The notes under the pieces: generated by a model
What the model was told of the DNA's origin: nothing
The model's database searches: none
The model's input: the letters and a program-made list of their open reading frames with translations, nothing else
Shown here: piece after piece, positions 1-8,160 of the stretch
Numbering within the stretch: the first letter of the stretch is position 1
Layout of the letters: each line of letters opens with the position of its first letter
Made by a program: the position numbers and the translations under genes
Source: Armatimonadota bacterium
GTDB lineage: Bacteria; Armatimonadota; SYMT01
Direction of reading: 5' to 3'
NCBI GenBank assembly: GCA_046292385.1
Contig: JBKBRF010000056.1
Coordinates: 1-15,813, forward strand
Length of the DNA: 15,813 bases

Positions 1-6
1 TATAAT
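1..6 (+). promoter_or_regulatory. Possible sigma70 -10 box (TATAAT)
   Basis: Perfect TATAAT in very GC-rich DNA, about 5 nt before a hairpin-rich non-coding stretch. The -35 region lies outside the window. Confidence 0.3.
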
Positions 7-10
7 CGCC

Positions 11-127
11 GGCGCCTCCATTCGGCGCTCGGCTATCGGCCCCCGGCCGAGTTCGAGGGCGAAAGCCCGCTCACTTAAACCAGGGGTACTGACTGTCCGC
101 CCTCAGGGGGTAAGTCCAGTCCCTCTG
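11..127 (+). ncRNA. Putative small structured RNA, family not recognised
   Basis: Stems gcgcc/ggcgc (12-28), ctcggc/gccgag (28-51), gggc-GAAA-gccc (57-68, GNRA tetraloop) and a long imperfect hairpin at 81-127. Follows TATAAT and has no credible ORF. Confidence 0.25.
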
Positions 128-130
128 TCC

Positions 131-176
131 CCGAAGGTCTCTCCGCCTCCGAAGGTCTCTCCGTCTCCGCAGGTCC
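131..176. repeat. 18-bp tandem repeat, about 2.5 copies
   Basis: ccgaaggtctctccgcct (131-148), ccgaaggtctctccgtct (149-166), partial ccgcaggtcc (167-176). Confidence 0.8.
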
Positions 177-185
177 CCGCCCGGT

Positions 186-1082
186 CTAAATCTGCCCGAC
201 CCAGTCCTCTCCGGCCACTTCCCGCCAGCGGCTCCGGATCGCCTCGTACTCCGCCGGGGGGAGGGGACCGGCGGCCAGGAGCTCCGCGTTCTCCTTCCAG
301 CGGCCCGGCTTGCCGGTGCCGACGATGGCGGTGTGCACGCCGGGGGTGGAGAGCGTGAAGCGGAGGGCGCGGCCCGCCGCCTCTCGCATGTCGCCGCGAA
401 GGAACGGGTACTGCAGCGCCTGCAGCCGCTCCCAGTACGGCTGGTGGTAGCTGTTCTCCGGCCGCTCCGCGTAGCGCCAGGCGGCGTTCGCGATCGGCCG
501 CTTGGCGATCACGCCCATCCCGCGCTCGCGCGCCAGCGGTAGCGTGAGCTCCAGCGGCTGCTGGTCCGCGATGCTGACGGAGGTCTGCAGCGTGTCGAAG
601 GCGCCGCACTCCACCGCGTAGCGCGCCGCCTCGCGGTCGCCGCTGTAGCCGATGAAGCGGGTCTTGCCGGCGTCGCGGGCGCGGCGGAGCACCTCGATCA
701 CGTCGCCCTGCCGCAGCGCCTCCTCCGTACAGCTGTGGAGCTGGACCAGGTCGACGCAGTCGGTGCGCAGCCGGCGGAGGCTGCGGTCGATGCTCTGCTC
801 CAGCAGGCGCGGGTCCCAGTCCGGGAGGTCGATCCCCGAGGCGTGGCCGCACTTGGTGAAGAGGTAGAAGTCGCCGCGGCGCCCGGAGACGGCGCGGCCG
901 ATCAGCTCTTCGCTGTCCGCGTAGCACTCCGCGGTGTCGATCACGTTCAGGCCGGCGTCGAGCGCGCCGTGGAGCAGCCGCTCCACCGTCTCCACGCTCG
1001 CCTCCTCGAACCCGATCTCCGCGCCGCCGAACCCGAGGACCGACACCTCCATCCCGGTGCCGCCGAGGACCCGCTTCTCCAT
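186..1082 (-). CDS. Aldo/keto reductase family oxidoreductase
   Basis: N-terminus MEKRVLGGTGMEVSVLGFG; catalytic tetrad in IDTAECY (D, Y), FTKCG (K), QLHS (H); SLRRLRTDCVDL. ATG at 1082 follows AAGGAG and is preferred over the ORF-track start at 1133. Confidence 0.93.
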   Translation of the reverse strand: MEKRVLGGTGMEVSVLGFGGAEIGFEEASVETVERLLHGALDAGLNVIDTAECYADSEELIGRAVSGRRGDFYLFTKCGHASGIDLPDWDPRLLEQSIDRSLRRLRTDCVDLVQLHSCTEEALRQGDVIEVLRRARDAGKTRFIGYSGDREAARYAVECGAFDTLQTSVSIADQQPLELTLPLARERGMGVIAKRPIANAAWRYAERPENSYHQPYWERLQALQYPFLRGDMREAAGRALRFTLSTPGVHTAIVGTGKPGRWKENAELLAAGPLPPAEYEAIRSRWREVAGEDWVGQI

Positions 1083-1237
1083 CTCCGCTCCTTTCGCTCC
1101 GTCTGCGTGGGGTGCAACCGTCGCCCCCTGCACGGATAACGCTCGGGGGCGCTCCGCGTCAACTTCGATTTGCCTTGGGATCTACGGCACCGGCGCCGAC
1201 TTGAAACCGGCGCCGAGCTGCCGTGTCGCATCCAGTC

Positions 1238-2671
1238 ATGAGGTCCCCGCTTCCAGGCTGCCCCGGCTTCCGGCGGAGCGCGCCGCTCCGGCGGCGGGAG
1301 CTCTTGCGCGCCGGGAGCCTGTCGCTGCTGGGGCTCTCGCTGCCGCGGCTGCTGGAGGCGCAGGCACTCGCCGCGCCCGCGGCCGGGGCGCCGCGCTCCT
1401 TCGGCCGGGCAAAACGGGTGATCCTGCTCTTCATGTGGGGCGGACCGGCCCAGCAGGACACCTGGGACATGAAGCCGGACGCGCCGGAGGAGTACCGGGG
1501 TCCGTTCAAGCCGATCGGCACCAACGTCGACGGGATCCGGATCTGCGAGCACTTCCCTCGCCTGGCGCAGCGGTGCGACCAGCTCGCGATCGTCCGCTCC
1601 GTCTACCATCCGGACGTCAACCACACCACCGCTACCCACTTCCTGCTCACCGGGGAGGACATGCCGAACCGGCAGGGGAGCCCGAGCGACGACTGGCCCA
1701 GCTTCGGCGCGGTGCTGGGGCGCCTCGGCCGCGCGAACCCCACGCTGCCGCCGTACGTGGTGCTGCGCCCGGAGACGAAGCTCGACGTGCCGCGCTTCGT
1801 GGAGGACTCCCGCGGGCAGGGCGCCGGCTGGCTGGGACCCGCCCTCCAGCCGTTCACGATCGATGCCGATCCGAACAGCCCGGAGTACGCCAGCGGCGAG
1901 TTCAGCCTCTCCGCGGAGCTGGGGCCGGCGCGCCTGCGGCGGCGTCTCGGTCTGCGGGACCAGCTCGATTCGCGGGTCCGCCTGCTGGAGCGCCACCCGA
2001 TGGTGCAGGCGCACGACACCAGCTACGAGCGCGCCTTCAACCTCCTCTCCGCGGAGGGCGCCGGCCGGGCGTTCGACCTCTCCCGGGAGAGCGAGCAGAC
2101 CCGGGAGAAATACGGCCGCCACATGCACGGCCAGGCGGTGCTCCAGGCGCGGCGGCTGATCGAGGCGGGCGTGCCGCTCGTGACCGTCTTCTGGCAGAAC
2201 GAGGGGATCAAGAACGTCAGCGTCTACTGGGACACCCACCAGCGGAACTTCATCGATCTGAAGGAGCGGCTGATGCCCCCGGCGGACCAGGCGTTCTCCG
2301 CGCTGCTGGACGACCTGCGCGACCGCGGACTGCTGGACGAGACGCTGATCCTCTGGACCGGCGAGTTCGGGCGCACGCCCCGGGTGGGGCAGAGCGTGGT
2401 CGGCGGCGCCGGCGCCAGCGCGGACGGGCGCGACCACTGGCCGCACGTCTTTACCAGCGTCCTGGCGGGCGGCGGCATCCGCGGCGGCCAGGTTTACGGC
2501 AAGAGCGACTCCCTGGCGGCCTACCCGGAGGAGGACGGGGTCCGCCCCGCCGACCTGGCCGCCACCATGTACCACCTGCTCGGCATCCCGCCGGATACGT
2601 TCCTGCGCGACGTCCAGGACCGCCCGCTCCCGCTCTGCAGCGGCACCCCGATCGTCCCGCTGCTGCGCTAG
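1238..2671 (+). CDS. DUF1501 domain protein with twin-arginine-like leader
   Basis: RRRELLRAGSLSLLGLSL leader; AKRVILLFMWGGPAQQDTWDMKP; ARRLIEAGV; WDTH; GEFGRTP; GRDHW; GGGIRGGQVYGKSD. Start is ATG 1238 or GTG 1223. Confidence 0.9.
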   Translation: MRSPLPGCPGFRRSAPLRRRELLRAGSLSLLGLSLPRLLEAQALAAPAAGAPRSFGRAKRVILLFMWGGPAQQDTWDMKPDAPEEYRGPFKPIGTNVDGIRICEHFPRLAQRCDQLAIVRSVYHPDVNHTTATHFLLTGEDMPNRQGSPSDDWPSFGAVLGRLGRANPTLPPYVVLRPETKLDVPRFVEDSRGQGAGWLGPALQPFTIDADPNSPEYASGEFSLSAELGPARLRRRLGLRDQLDSRVRLLERHPMVQAHDTSYERAFNLLSAEGAGRAFDLSRESEQTREKYGRHMHGQAVLQARRLIEAGVPLVTVFWQNEGIKNVSVYWDTHQRNFIDLKERLMPPADQAFSALLDDLRDRGLLDETLILWTGEFGRTPRVGQSVVGGAGASADGRDHWPHVFTSVLAGGGIRGGQVYGKSDSLAAYPEEDGVRPADLAATMYHLLGIPPDTFLRDVQDRPLPLCSGTPIVPLLR

Positions 2672-2851
2672 CGCCGTGCCGCGGCGACGGCGGCCCTCCG
2701 GACATGGCACCCTCTCGAAGAGGAAGGGAGCCAGCCGCGCGGGGACCTTCCCCTTCCGTCTCCACAACGCGGCGCAGTAATCCGGCGGGCTCTGGGAGAA
2801 CTGACCGGCAATCCCGACCCGTCCCGGGCGGAAGCGGAACGGGGAGCCCTG

Positions 2852-4699
2852 GTGGAGCTGAGAAACGCCATGAACCGCCTGCGATTCCTCGTCAGCACCC
2901 TCGGCCTGCTCGGCCTGGCCGGCAGCGCCGCGTACCCGGGCCTGGTGGCGCACGGAAGTCCCGGAAAGGCGGCCGGCGGCGAGCTGCCGGAGCCGGGGCG
3001 CGCCGGTGCAGCCGCGCCGCGGACCTACTGCAATCCGCTCAATATCGACTACGGCTACTGCCCCATTCCGAACTTCGTGGAGCAGGGGAAGCACCGGACC
3101 ACGGCCGATCCGGTGATCGTGCGGTTCAAGGGAGACTACTACCTCTTCTCCACCAACCAGTGGGGCTACTGGTGGAGTCCCGATCTGGCGCAGTGGAATT
3201 TCGTGCCGCGCAAGTTCCTCAAGCCGCACCACCAGGTCTACGACGAGCTCTGCGCTCCCGCCGCCTTCGTGATGGGAGACGCGCTCTACCTGATCGGCTC
3301 CACCTACACGAAAGACTTTCCGCTCTGGAAGAGCACCAACCCGCGAGTCGATGATTGGACGGAGGCGGTGGCGGAGTTCCAGGCCGGCGCCTGGGACCCG
3401 GCCTTCTTCCTGGACGAGGATGACCGGCTCTATCTCTACCACGGCTCGAGCAATACCTTCCCCCTCTACGGGCAGGAGATCGACCGGAAGACCCTCCAGC
3501 CGATCGGCGAGCGGCAGGATCTGATCCGGCTCCGCGATGATCTCCACGGCTGGGAGCGGTTTGGAGAGCACCACGACAACACGTTCCTGCGTCCGTTCAT
3601 CGAAGGCGCCTGGATGACGAAGCACCGCGGCAAGTACTACCTCCAGTACAGCGCCCCGGGCACGGAGTTCAGTGGCTATGGAGACGGCGTCTACGTGGGA
3701 GACCGGCCGCTCGGACCGTTCACCTATCAGCCCCACAACCCGATCTGCTTCAAGCCGGGCGGCTTTGCCCGGGGGGCGGGTCACGGCGCGACGTTTCAGG
3801 ATCAGTTCGGCCACTACTGGCGCACCGCCACGATCGCTATCGGCGTGAAGAACAACTTTGAGCGCCGCATCGGCCTCTGGCCCGCCGGGTTCGACCGGGA
3901 AGGCGTGATGTACACCGACACCGCCTACGGCGACTTCCCGCACTACCTCCCCCGGGGAGCGTCCGACCGTCACCTGGGCGGCACCTTCACCGGCTGGATG
4001 CTCCTGAACTACGGCAAGCCGGTTACCGCCTCCTCCACGCTCGGGGGGTTCCAGCCGAGCCTGGCCGTAGACGAAGACCTGAAGACCTACTGGAGCGCCG
4101 CCTCCGGGGAGCGAGGAGAGTGGCTCCAGAGCGACCTGGGCGCGGCGAGCACCGTGCGCGCGGTGCAGGTGAACTATGCGGACCAGGACGCGGAGATCAT
4201 GGGTAAGCAGTCCGGCCTCTACCACCAGTACCGCATTCGGGCAAGCCTGGACGGCCGCCGCTGGAAGACGATTGTCGATAAGAGCCGCAACCGCACCGAC
4301 GTGCCGCACGACTACGTGGAGCTCGCGGAGCCAGTGACGGCGCGCTACCTGCGGCTGGAAAACCTCCACGTCCCCACCGGCAAGCTCGCGCTGAGCGGGT
4401 TCCGCGTCTTCGGGCACGGCCGCGGAGAGAAGCCCCGGCCGGTGCGGCACTTTGTCGCCTTGCGGGGCGATACCGACCGGCGCAACGCCTGGCTCAAGTG
4501 GCAGGCTTCGCCGGACGCGACCGGATACGTGGTCTACAGCGGGATCGCGCCGGACAAGCTCTACACCAGCGTCATGGTCTTCACTGCCAACGAGTACTAC
4601 TTCCGGGCGATGGACCGGGATCGGCCCTACTACTTCCAGATTGAGGCATTCAATGAAGCCGGAGTTTCCGAGCGCTCGCCGGTCCTCAAGGCGGAGTGA
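2852..4699 (+). CDS. Secreted GH43 glycoside hydrolase with F5/8 type C (discoidin/CBM32-like) and FN3-like domains
   Basis: Signal-like N-terminus; TYCNPLNIDY; the three GH43 acidic residues in TADP, WDPAFF and FIEGAWM; GAGHG; discoidin motifs LAVDEDLKTYW, WLQSDLG, ARYLRL; FN3-like ATGYVVYSG...YYFQIEAFN. GGGGAG precedes GTG 2852; ATG 2870 is an alternative start. Confidence 0.9.
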   Translation: MELRNAMNRLRFLVSTLGLLGLAGSAAYPGLVAHGSPGKAAGGELPEPGRAGAAAPRTYCNPLNIDYGYCPIPNFVEQGKHRTTADPVIVRFKGDYYLFSTNQWGYWWSPDLAQWNFVPRKFLKPHHQVYDELCAPAAFVMGDALYLIGSTYTKDFPLWKSTNPRVDDWTEAVAEFQAGAWDPAFFLDEDDRLYLYHGSSNTFPLYGQEIDRKTLQPIGERQDLIRLRDDLHGWERFGEHHDNTFLRPFIEGAWMTKHRGKYYLQYSAPGTEFSGYGDGVYVGDRPLGPFTYQPHNPICFKPGGFARGAGHGATFQDQFGHYWRTATIAIGVKNNFERRIGLWPAGFDREGVMYTDTAYGDFPHYLPRGASDRHLGGTFTGWMLLNYGKPVTASSTLGGFQPSLAVDEDLKTYWSAASGERGEWLQSDLGAASTVRAVQVNYADQDAEIMGKQSGLYHQYRIRASLDGRRWKTIVDKSRNRTDVPHDYVELAEPVTARYLRLENLHVPTGKLALSGFRVFGHGRGEKPRPVRHFVALRGDTDRRNAWLKWQASPDATGYVVYSGIAPDKLYTSVMVFTANEYYFRAMDRDRPYYFQIEAFNEAGVSERSPVLKAE

Positions 4700-7600
4700 G
4701 CCGCGGGCGCGCTGGAGCGCGATCGCCGCGATGGGATTGGGAGCGGCCTGGTGTGGCCTCTCGGTGCTCGGAGCGCTGGCGGCGCCCATGCCTCGGTCGA
4801 GCCGATCGAAGCCCGCGGCTGCGCAGCCCGGACAATCGGGATCCAGGGGTCCTCTGGCCGGAGCTGCCGCCTCCCCAGCCGCGCGGGAGACGCTCGACTT
4901 CTTCGAGCGGGAAGTGCGCCCACTCTTGCTGACCCACTGCATCTCGTGCCACGGCCCGCAGGTGCAGCAAGGCGGGCTCCGTCTCGACTCCCGCGCGGCG
5001 CTCCTGCGGGGCGGCGAGCGCGGACCGGCGCTCTCCACCACTTCTCCTGCCGAGAGCCTGCTGCTCCGGGCGGTTCGCCACGAAGGGCCGGCGATGCCGC
5101 CGGACCGGAAGCTCGCGCCGCACGAGATTGCCGCCCTGGAGAAATGGATCGGGCTCGGTGCTCCCTTCCCCTCCCCTCCGTCCTGCCGTGGCGCCGCGGC
5201 GGCATCGGGAAAGATCCATTGGGCGTTCCGGCCCGTGCGCCGGCCGGTGCTCCCGGCGGTGAAGAGCGCAAAGTGGCCGCTGACGCCAATCGACCGTTTT
5301 ATCCTGGCCAAGCTGGAAGCGAAACGCCTGCAGCCGGCGCCCGCGGCCGACCGCCGCACGTTAATCCGCCGGGCCACCCTGGACCTCACCGGGCTGCTTC
5401 CCACCCCGGCGGAAGTCCGCGCCTTCCTGGCCGACCGGTCCACGAATGCGTGGGAGAAGGTGATCGACCGCCTCCTGGCGTCCCCCCTCTACGGGGAGCG
5501 CTGGGGCCGCCACTGGCTCGACGTGGTTCGCTACGCCGACACCGCCGGCGAGACCGCCGATTACCCCGTTCCGGAGGCCTACCGTTATCGCAACTACGTG
5601 ATCCGCGCGTTCAATCGGGATCTCCCGTACGACCAGTTTCTCCGGGAGCAGCTCGCCGGCGACATTCTCGCCCGGCAGGGTGCGGCGGCAGGCAGGCTCA
5701 GCCCGGAGAGGTACGCGGAGCTGGTCACTGCGACCGGCTTCGTAGCAATCTCTCGCCGCTTCGGCTACGACACGGAGCGCTACGAGCACCTGACGATCCA
5801 GGACTCGATCGACGGCGTGGGGCAGGCGGTGCTGGGGCTGTCGCTCGGCTGTGCACGCTGCCACGACCATAAGTTCGATCCGATCTCAGCCGTGGATTAC
5901 TACGGCCTGTATGGAATCTTCGCGAGCACCCGCTATGCCTTTCCCGGCTCCGAGCGCCTGCCGCAAGTGCGAGCCATGGTGCCGCTGGTGCCGGAGCGGG
6001 GGGCCGACCCCAGGTGGCGCGACTGGGACCACCGGGTCAGCAGCCTTCAGGAGCGCTTGGGCGCACTCAAGCGCGCGCAGGGAGTCGGCTGGAGCCCAAC
6101 GATCATCCGGCCCCTCACCGGATTGGACGGCGATTTCGAGCTGCAGGCGCGGCCGCAGGGAGGCAGCCTGGGACTCCCGGCCAATCCCTGGGTAGCGTCG
6201 GGCGGGGTGTTGATCGATGATGCTGCCCAGAGCTCCTTTACCCATGTCTACTCCCGCGGCGCGAGTGGCGCGGCACTCGCCTCCGATGGAACAGCCCCGT
6301 CGCTGGGGCGGGGGTGGGTGCCCGCTTTCACGGACCGGGCAGGAACGCTCCACTTCGCACTCGACTTCCGGATGGCCGCCATCCCGGCAGGGAGTGAAGG
6401 CTCCTACCGCGTCTACCTGGGCAGCGGTCCCGGCAGGCGGCCCGCTCTCGAGGTCTTCCTGACCCACGACGCGCTCTTCGCGCGCAACGGAGACGCGGTG
6501 GAGAAGCTGAGCGCTTTGGAGCCGGGAGCCCCCTGGCACCACCTGCAGCTCGCGCTCGATCTTCCCGGCGGGCGTTTCACCGGCAGCGTCGGAACCCCGG
6601 GCCGGCTCCGCCCGTTCCGTGGACGTTGCGACAGTCGCTGGGACGGGCGGATCGACTATCTCCTGATCGACAGCCGGGGCCACCTGCCGGGGCTCCGGCC
6701 GACCCTGCACGTGGACAACGTAGCCCTCTCCGAAGCTCCCCTGCCCCCGCTCCCGGACTCGATCGCGATGACGGTGCCGCCAACAGCCCCCGCGGCAGAA
6801 GAGATCGCGCGGCAGGCTGCTGCGTTGGAGCAGGAGCTCGCGGAGCTACTGGCGGCCGGTCCCTTCCCACAAGCCTACGCCGTCTGGGAGGGCACGCCGC
6901 GCGACGTTCCCGTCCAGAAGCGGGGGGAGCCGGAGCAGCCGGGAGACGTAGCGGCGCGCGGCTTTCCGAAAGCCCTCGGCGGGACCACATTGCCGCCAGG
7001 GACGGAGGGCAGCGGTCGCCTGGAGCTGGCGCGCTGGCTCACGCGACCACAGCATCCACTCACCGCACGCGTGCTGGTCAACCGCGTCTGGCAGCATCAC
7101 TTCGGAACCGGTCTGGTCACCACCGAGAACGACTTCGGTACCCGCGGGCGGCGTCCCAGCCACCCGGAGCTGCTGGATTACCTGGCTTCTGTGTTCGCGG
7201 CACCAGCTACTGCTCACCGACCCGACGGGGAGACAGCCGGCGGGAGGGAGAGACAGAGAGACAGAGGGACCAAGGGAGTCCGGGCCGCTGCTTTCCGTGG
7301 AGCGAGTGCGCCATCCGAACGGAAGGGTTCGGAATTCATCCCTCATCCTTCCGCCTTCATCCCTCAGGAAGGCCTCGGTTGGAGCCTCAAGCGGCTGCAC
7401 CGCCTGATCCTGCTTTCTCGGGTCTATCAGCTCTCCTCTTCAGCCGACGCAAAGACCGTGCGCGTCGACCCCGGCAACGAGTGGCTCGCCCGCTTCCCCC
7501 GGCAGCGGGTGGAGGCGGAAGCGCTGCGGGACAACGTGCTGCTGCTGGGCGGTACTCTCGACCTCTCCACGCCTCCCGGTGAGGGCGGGCGGCATCCCTT

Positions 7601-8138
7601 CCCCCCGGTCCGTCAGGCCCTCTTCTCCCAGCACGCCCCGTTTGATGCGGAGAAGGCTGTCGAAAACACGCCCGAGAATGCAGAGCGCCTGCGCCGCGGT
7701 CTGCCACCCCGTCTCACCTATGACACCGACCGACGAAGCGTCTACCTGATGACCCAGCGGATTCGGCGGCATCCCTTTCTGGCGCTGTTTGATGGGCCCG
7801 ACACCAACGCCAGTACAGCCCGCCGGACTTCAACCACGGTCCCCACCCAGGCCCTCTACCTCATGAACGCGCCTTTCGTCCACGAGCAGTCGGAGGGATT
7901 CGCGCGCCGTATGATTGCCGCCTCGGCCGGGGCTGAAGGACGGATCAGGTGGGCGTACGAGATGGCGCTGACCCGGGAGCCTTCCCCGGAGGAACTGCGG
8001 GAAGAGCTGGATTTCGTCACGACCTACCAGGAAAAGCTTCAGACGCTGGCGCTTCCCGCGGCCGAGCGCGAGGTGAAGGTCTGGGCCGCCTTCGCCCGGA
8101 CGCTCTTCGGCTGCAACGAATTCCTCCATCTCGAGTGA
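4653..8138 (+). CDS. Planctomycete-type cytochrome c / DUF1549 (PSCyt2) / DUF1553 (PSD1) protein
   Basis: FFEREVRPLLLTHCISCHG (heme motif 4938-4952), GGLRLD, HWAFRP, PIDRFI, YGERWGRHWLDVVRYAD, CARCHDHKFDPI (5850-5864), GRLELARWL, PLTARVLVNRVWQHHFG, PSHPELLDYLA, RRSVY. ATG 4653 has GAGG 6 nt upstream and gives a complete signal peptide; ATG 4731 is an alternative. Confidence 0.9.
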   Translation: MKPEFPSARRSSRRSEPRARWSAIAAMGLGAAWCGLSVLGALAAPMPRSSRSKPAAAQPGQSGSRGPLAGAAASPAARETLDFFEREVRPLLLTHCISCHGPQVQQGGLRLDSRAALLRGGERGPALSTTSPAESLLLRAVRHEGPAMPPDRKLAPHEIAALEKWIGLGAPFPSPPSCRGAAAASGKIHWAFRPVRRPVLPAVKSAKWPLTPIDRFILAKLEAKRLQPAPAADRRTLIRRATLDLTGLLPTPAEVRAFLADRSTNAWEKVIDRLLASPLYGERWGRHWLDVVRYADTAGETADYPVPEAYRYRNYVIRAFNRDLPYDQFLREQLAGDILARQGAAAGRLSPERYAELVTATGFVAISRRFGYDTERYEHLTIQDSIDGVGQAVLGLSLGCARCHDHKFDPISAVDYYGLYGIFASTRYAFPGSERLPQVRAMVPLVPERGADPRWRDWDHRVSSLQERLGALKRAQGVGWSPTIIRPLTGLDGDFELQARPQGGSLGLPANPWVASGGVLIDDAAQSSFTHVYSRGASGAALASDGTAPSLGRGWVPAFTDRAGTLHFALDFRMAAIPAGSEGSYRVYLGSGPGRRPALEVFLTHDALFARNGDAVEKLSALEPGAPWHHLQLALDLPGGRFTGSVGTPGRLRPFRGRCDSRWDGRIDYLLIDSRGHLPGLRPTLHVDNVALSEAPLPPLPDSIAMTVPPTAPAAEEIARQAAALEQELAELLAAGPFPQAYAVWEGTPRDVPVQKRGEPEQPGDVAARGFPKALGGTTLPPGTEGSGRLELARWLTRPQHPLTARVLVNRVWQHHFGTGLVTTENDFGTRGRRPSHPELLDYLASVFAAPATAHRPDGETAGGRERQRDRGTKGVRAAAFRGASAPSERKGSEFIPHPSAFIPQEGLGWSLKRLHRLILLSRVYQLSSSADAKTVRVDPGNEWLARFPRQRVEAEALRDNVLLLGGTLDLSTPPGEGGRHPFPPVRQALFSQHAPFDAEKAVENTPENAERLRRGLPPRLTYDTDRRSVYLMTQRIRRHPFLALFDGPDTNASTARRTSTTVPTQALYLMNAPFVHEQSEGFARRMIAASAGAEGRIRWAYEMALTREPSPEELREELDFVTTYQEKLQTLALPAAEREVKVWAAFARTLFGCNEFLHLE
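7248..7362 (+). repeat. Octamer and heptamer tandem repeats inside the DUF1553 CDS
   Basis: gagagaca-gagagaca-gagggacc-aagggagt (7248-7279) and ttcatcc-ctcatcc-ttccgcc-ttcatcc (7335-7362). Confidence 0.7.
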
Positions 8139-8160
8139 GCGCCGGTCCCGGCAGCCACAG

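Noticed and set aside
47..63. GTTCGA suggesting a tRNA or tmRNA T-loop
   Set aside because: The flanks do not form a 5-bp T-stem, and there is no cloverleaf or acceptor stem.
14..170. Minus-strand fragments like SAM-I (GAGGGACTGG) or glycine (GGAGAGAC, GCGCCGAA) riboswitches
   Set aside because: The remaining conserved elements (GCAACC/GTGC for SAM-I, CTCTCAGG for glycine) are missing on that strand.
1190..1216. ccggcgccga repeated 17 bp apart in the divergent promoter region
   Set aside because: Short and almost all G/C, so plausible by chance at this composition.
934..3354. 806-aa alternative-frame ORF and the many other Arg/Pro/Gly-rich ORFs in the track
   Set aside because: Shadow frames of well-supported genes, with composition typical of off-frame GC-rich DNA.
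4696..4932. GTGA-coupled 78-aa ORF, or a frameshifted start of the cytochrome gene
   Set aside because: In-frame ATG 4653 with an RBS explains the N-terminus without a frameshift, and the short ORF looks like a shadow frame.
947..5443. 1498-aa antisense ORF
   Set aside because: It mirrors the DUF1501, GH43 and cytochrome genes. High GC and codon bias remove stops on the opposite strand, and the translation has no recognisable motifs.
7197..7376. Intein or intron as the cause of the DUF1553 insertion
   Set aside because: Too short, with no Cys/Ser start, His-Asn end or group I/II intron signature.
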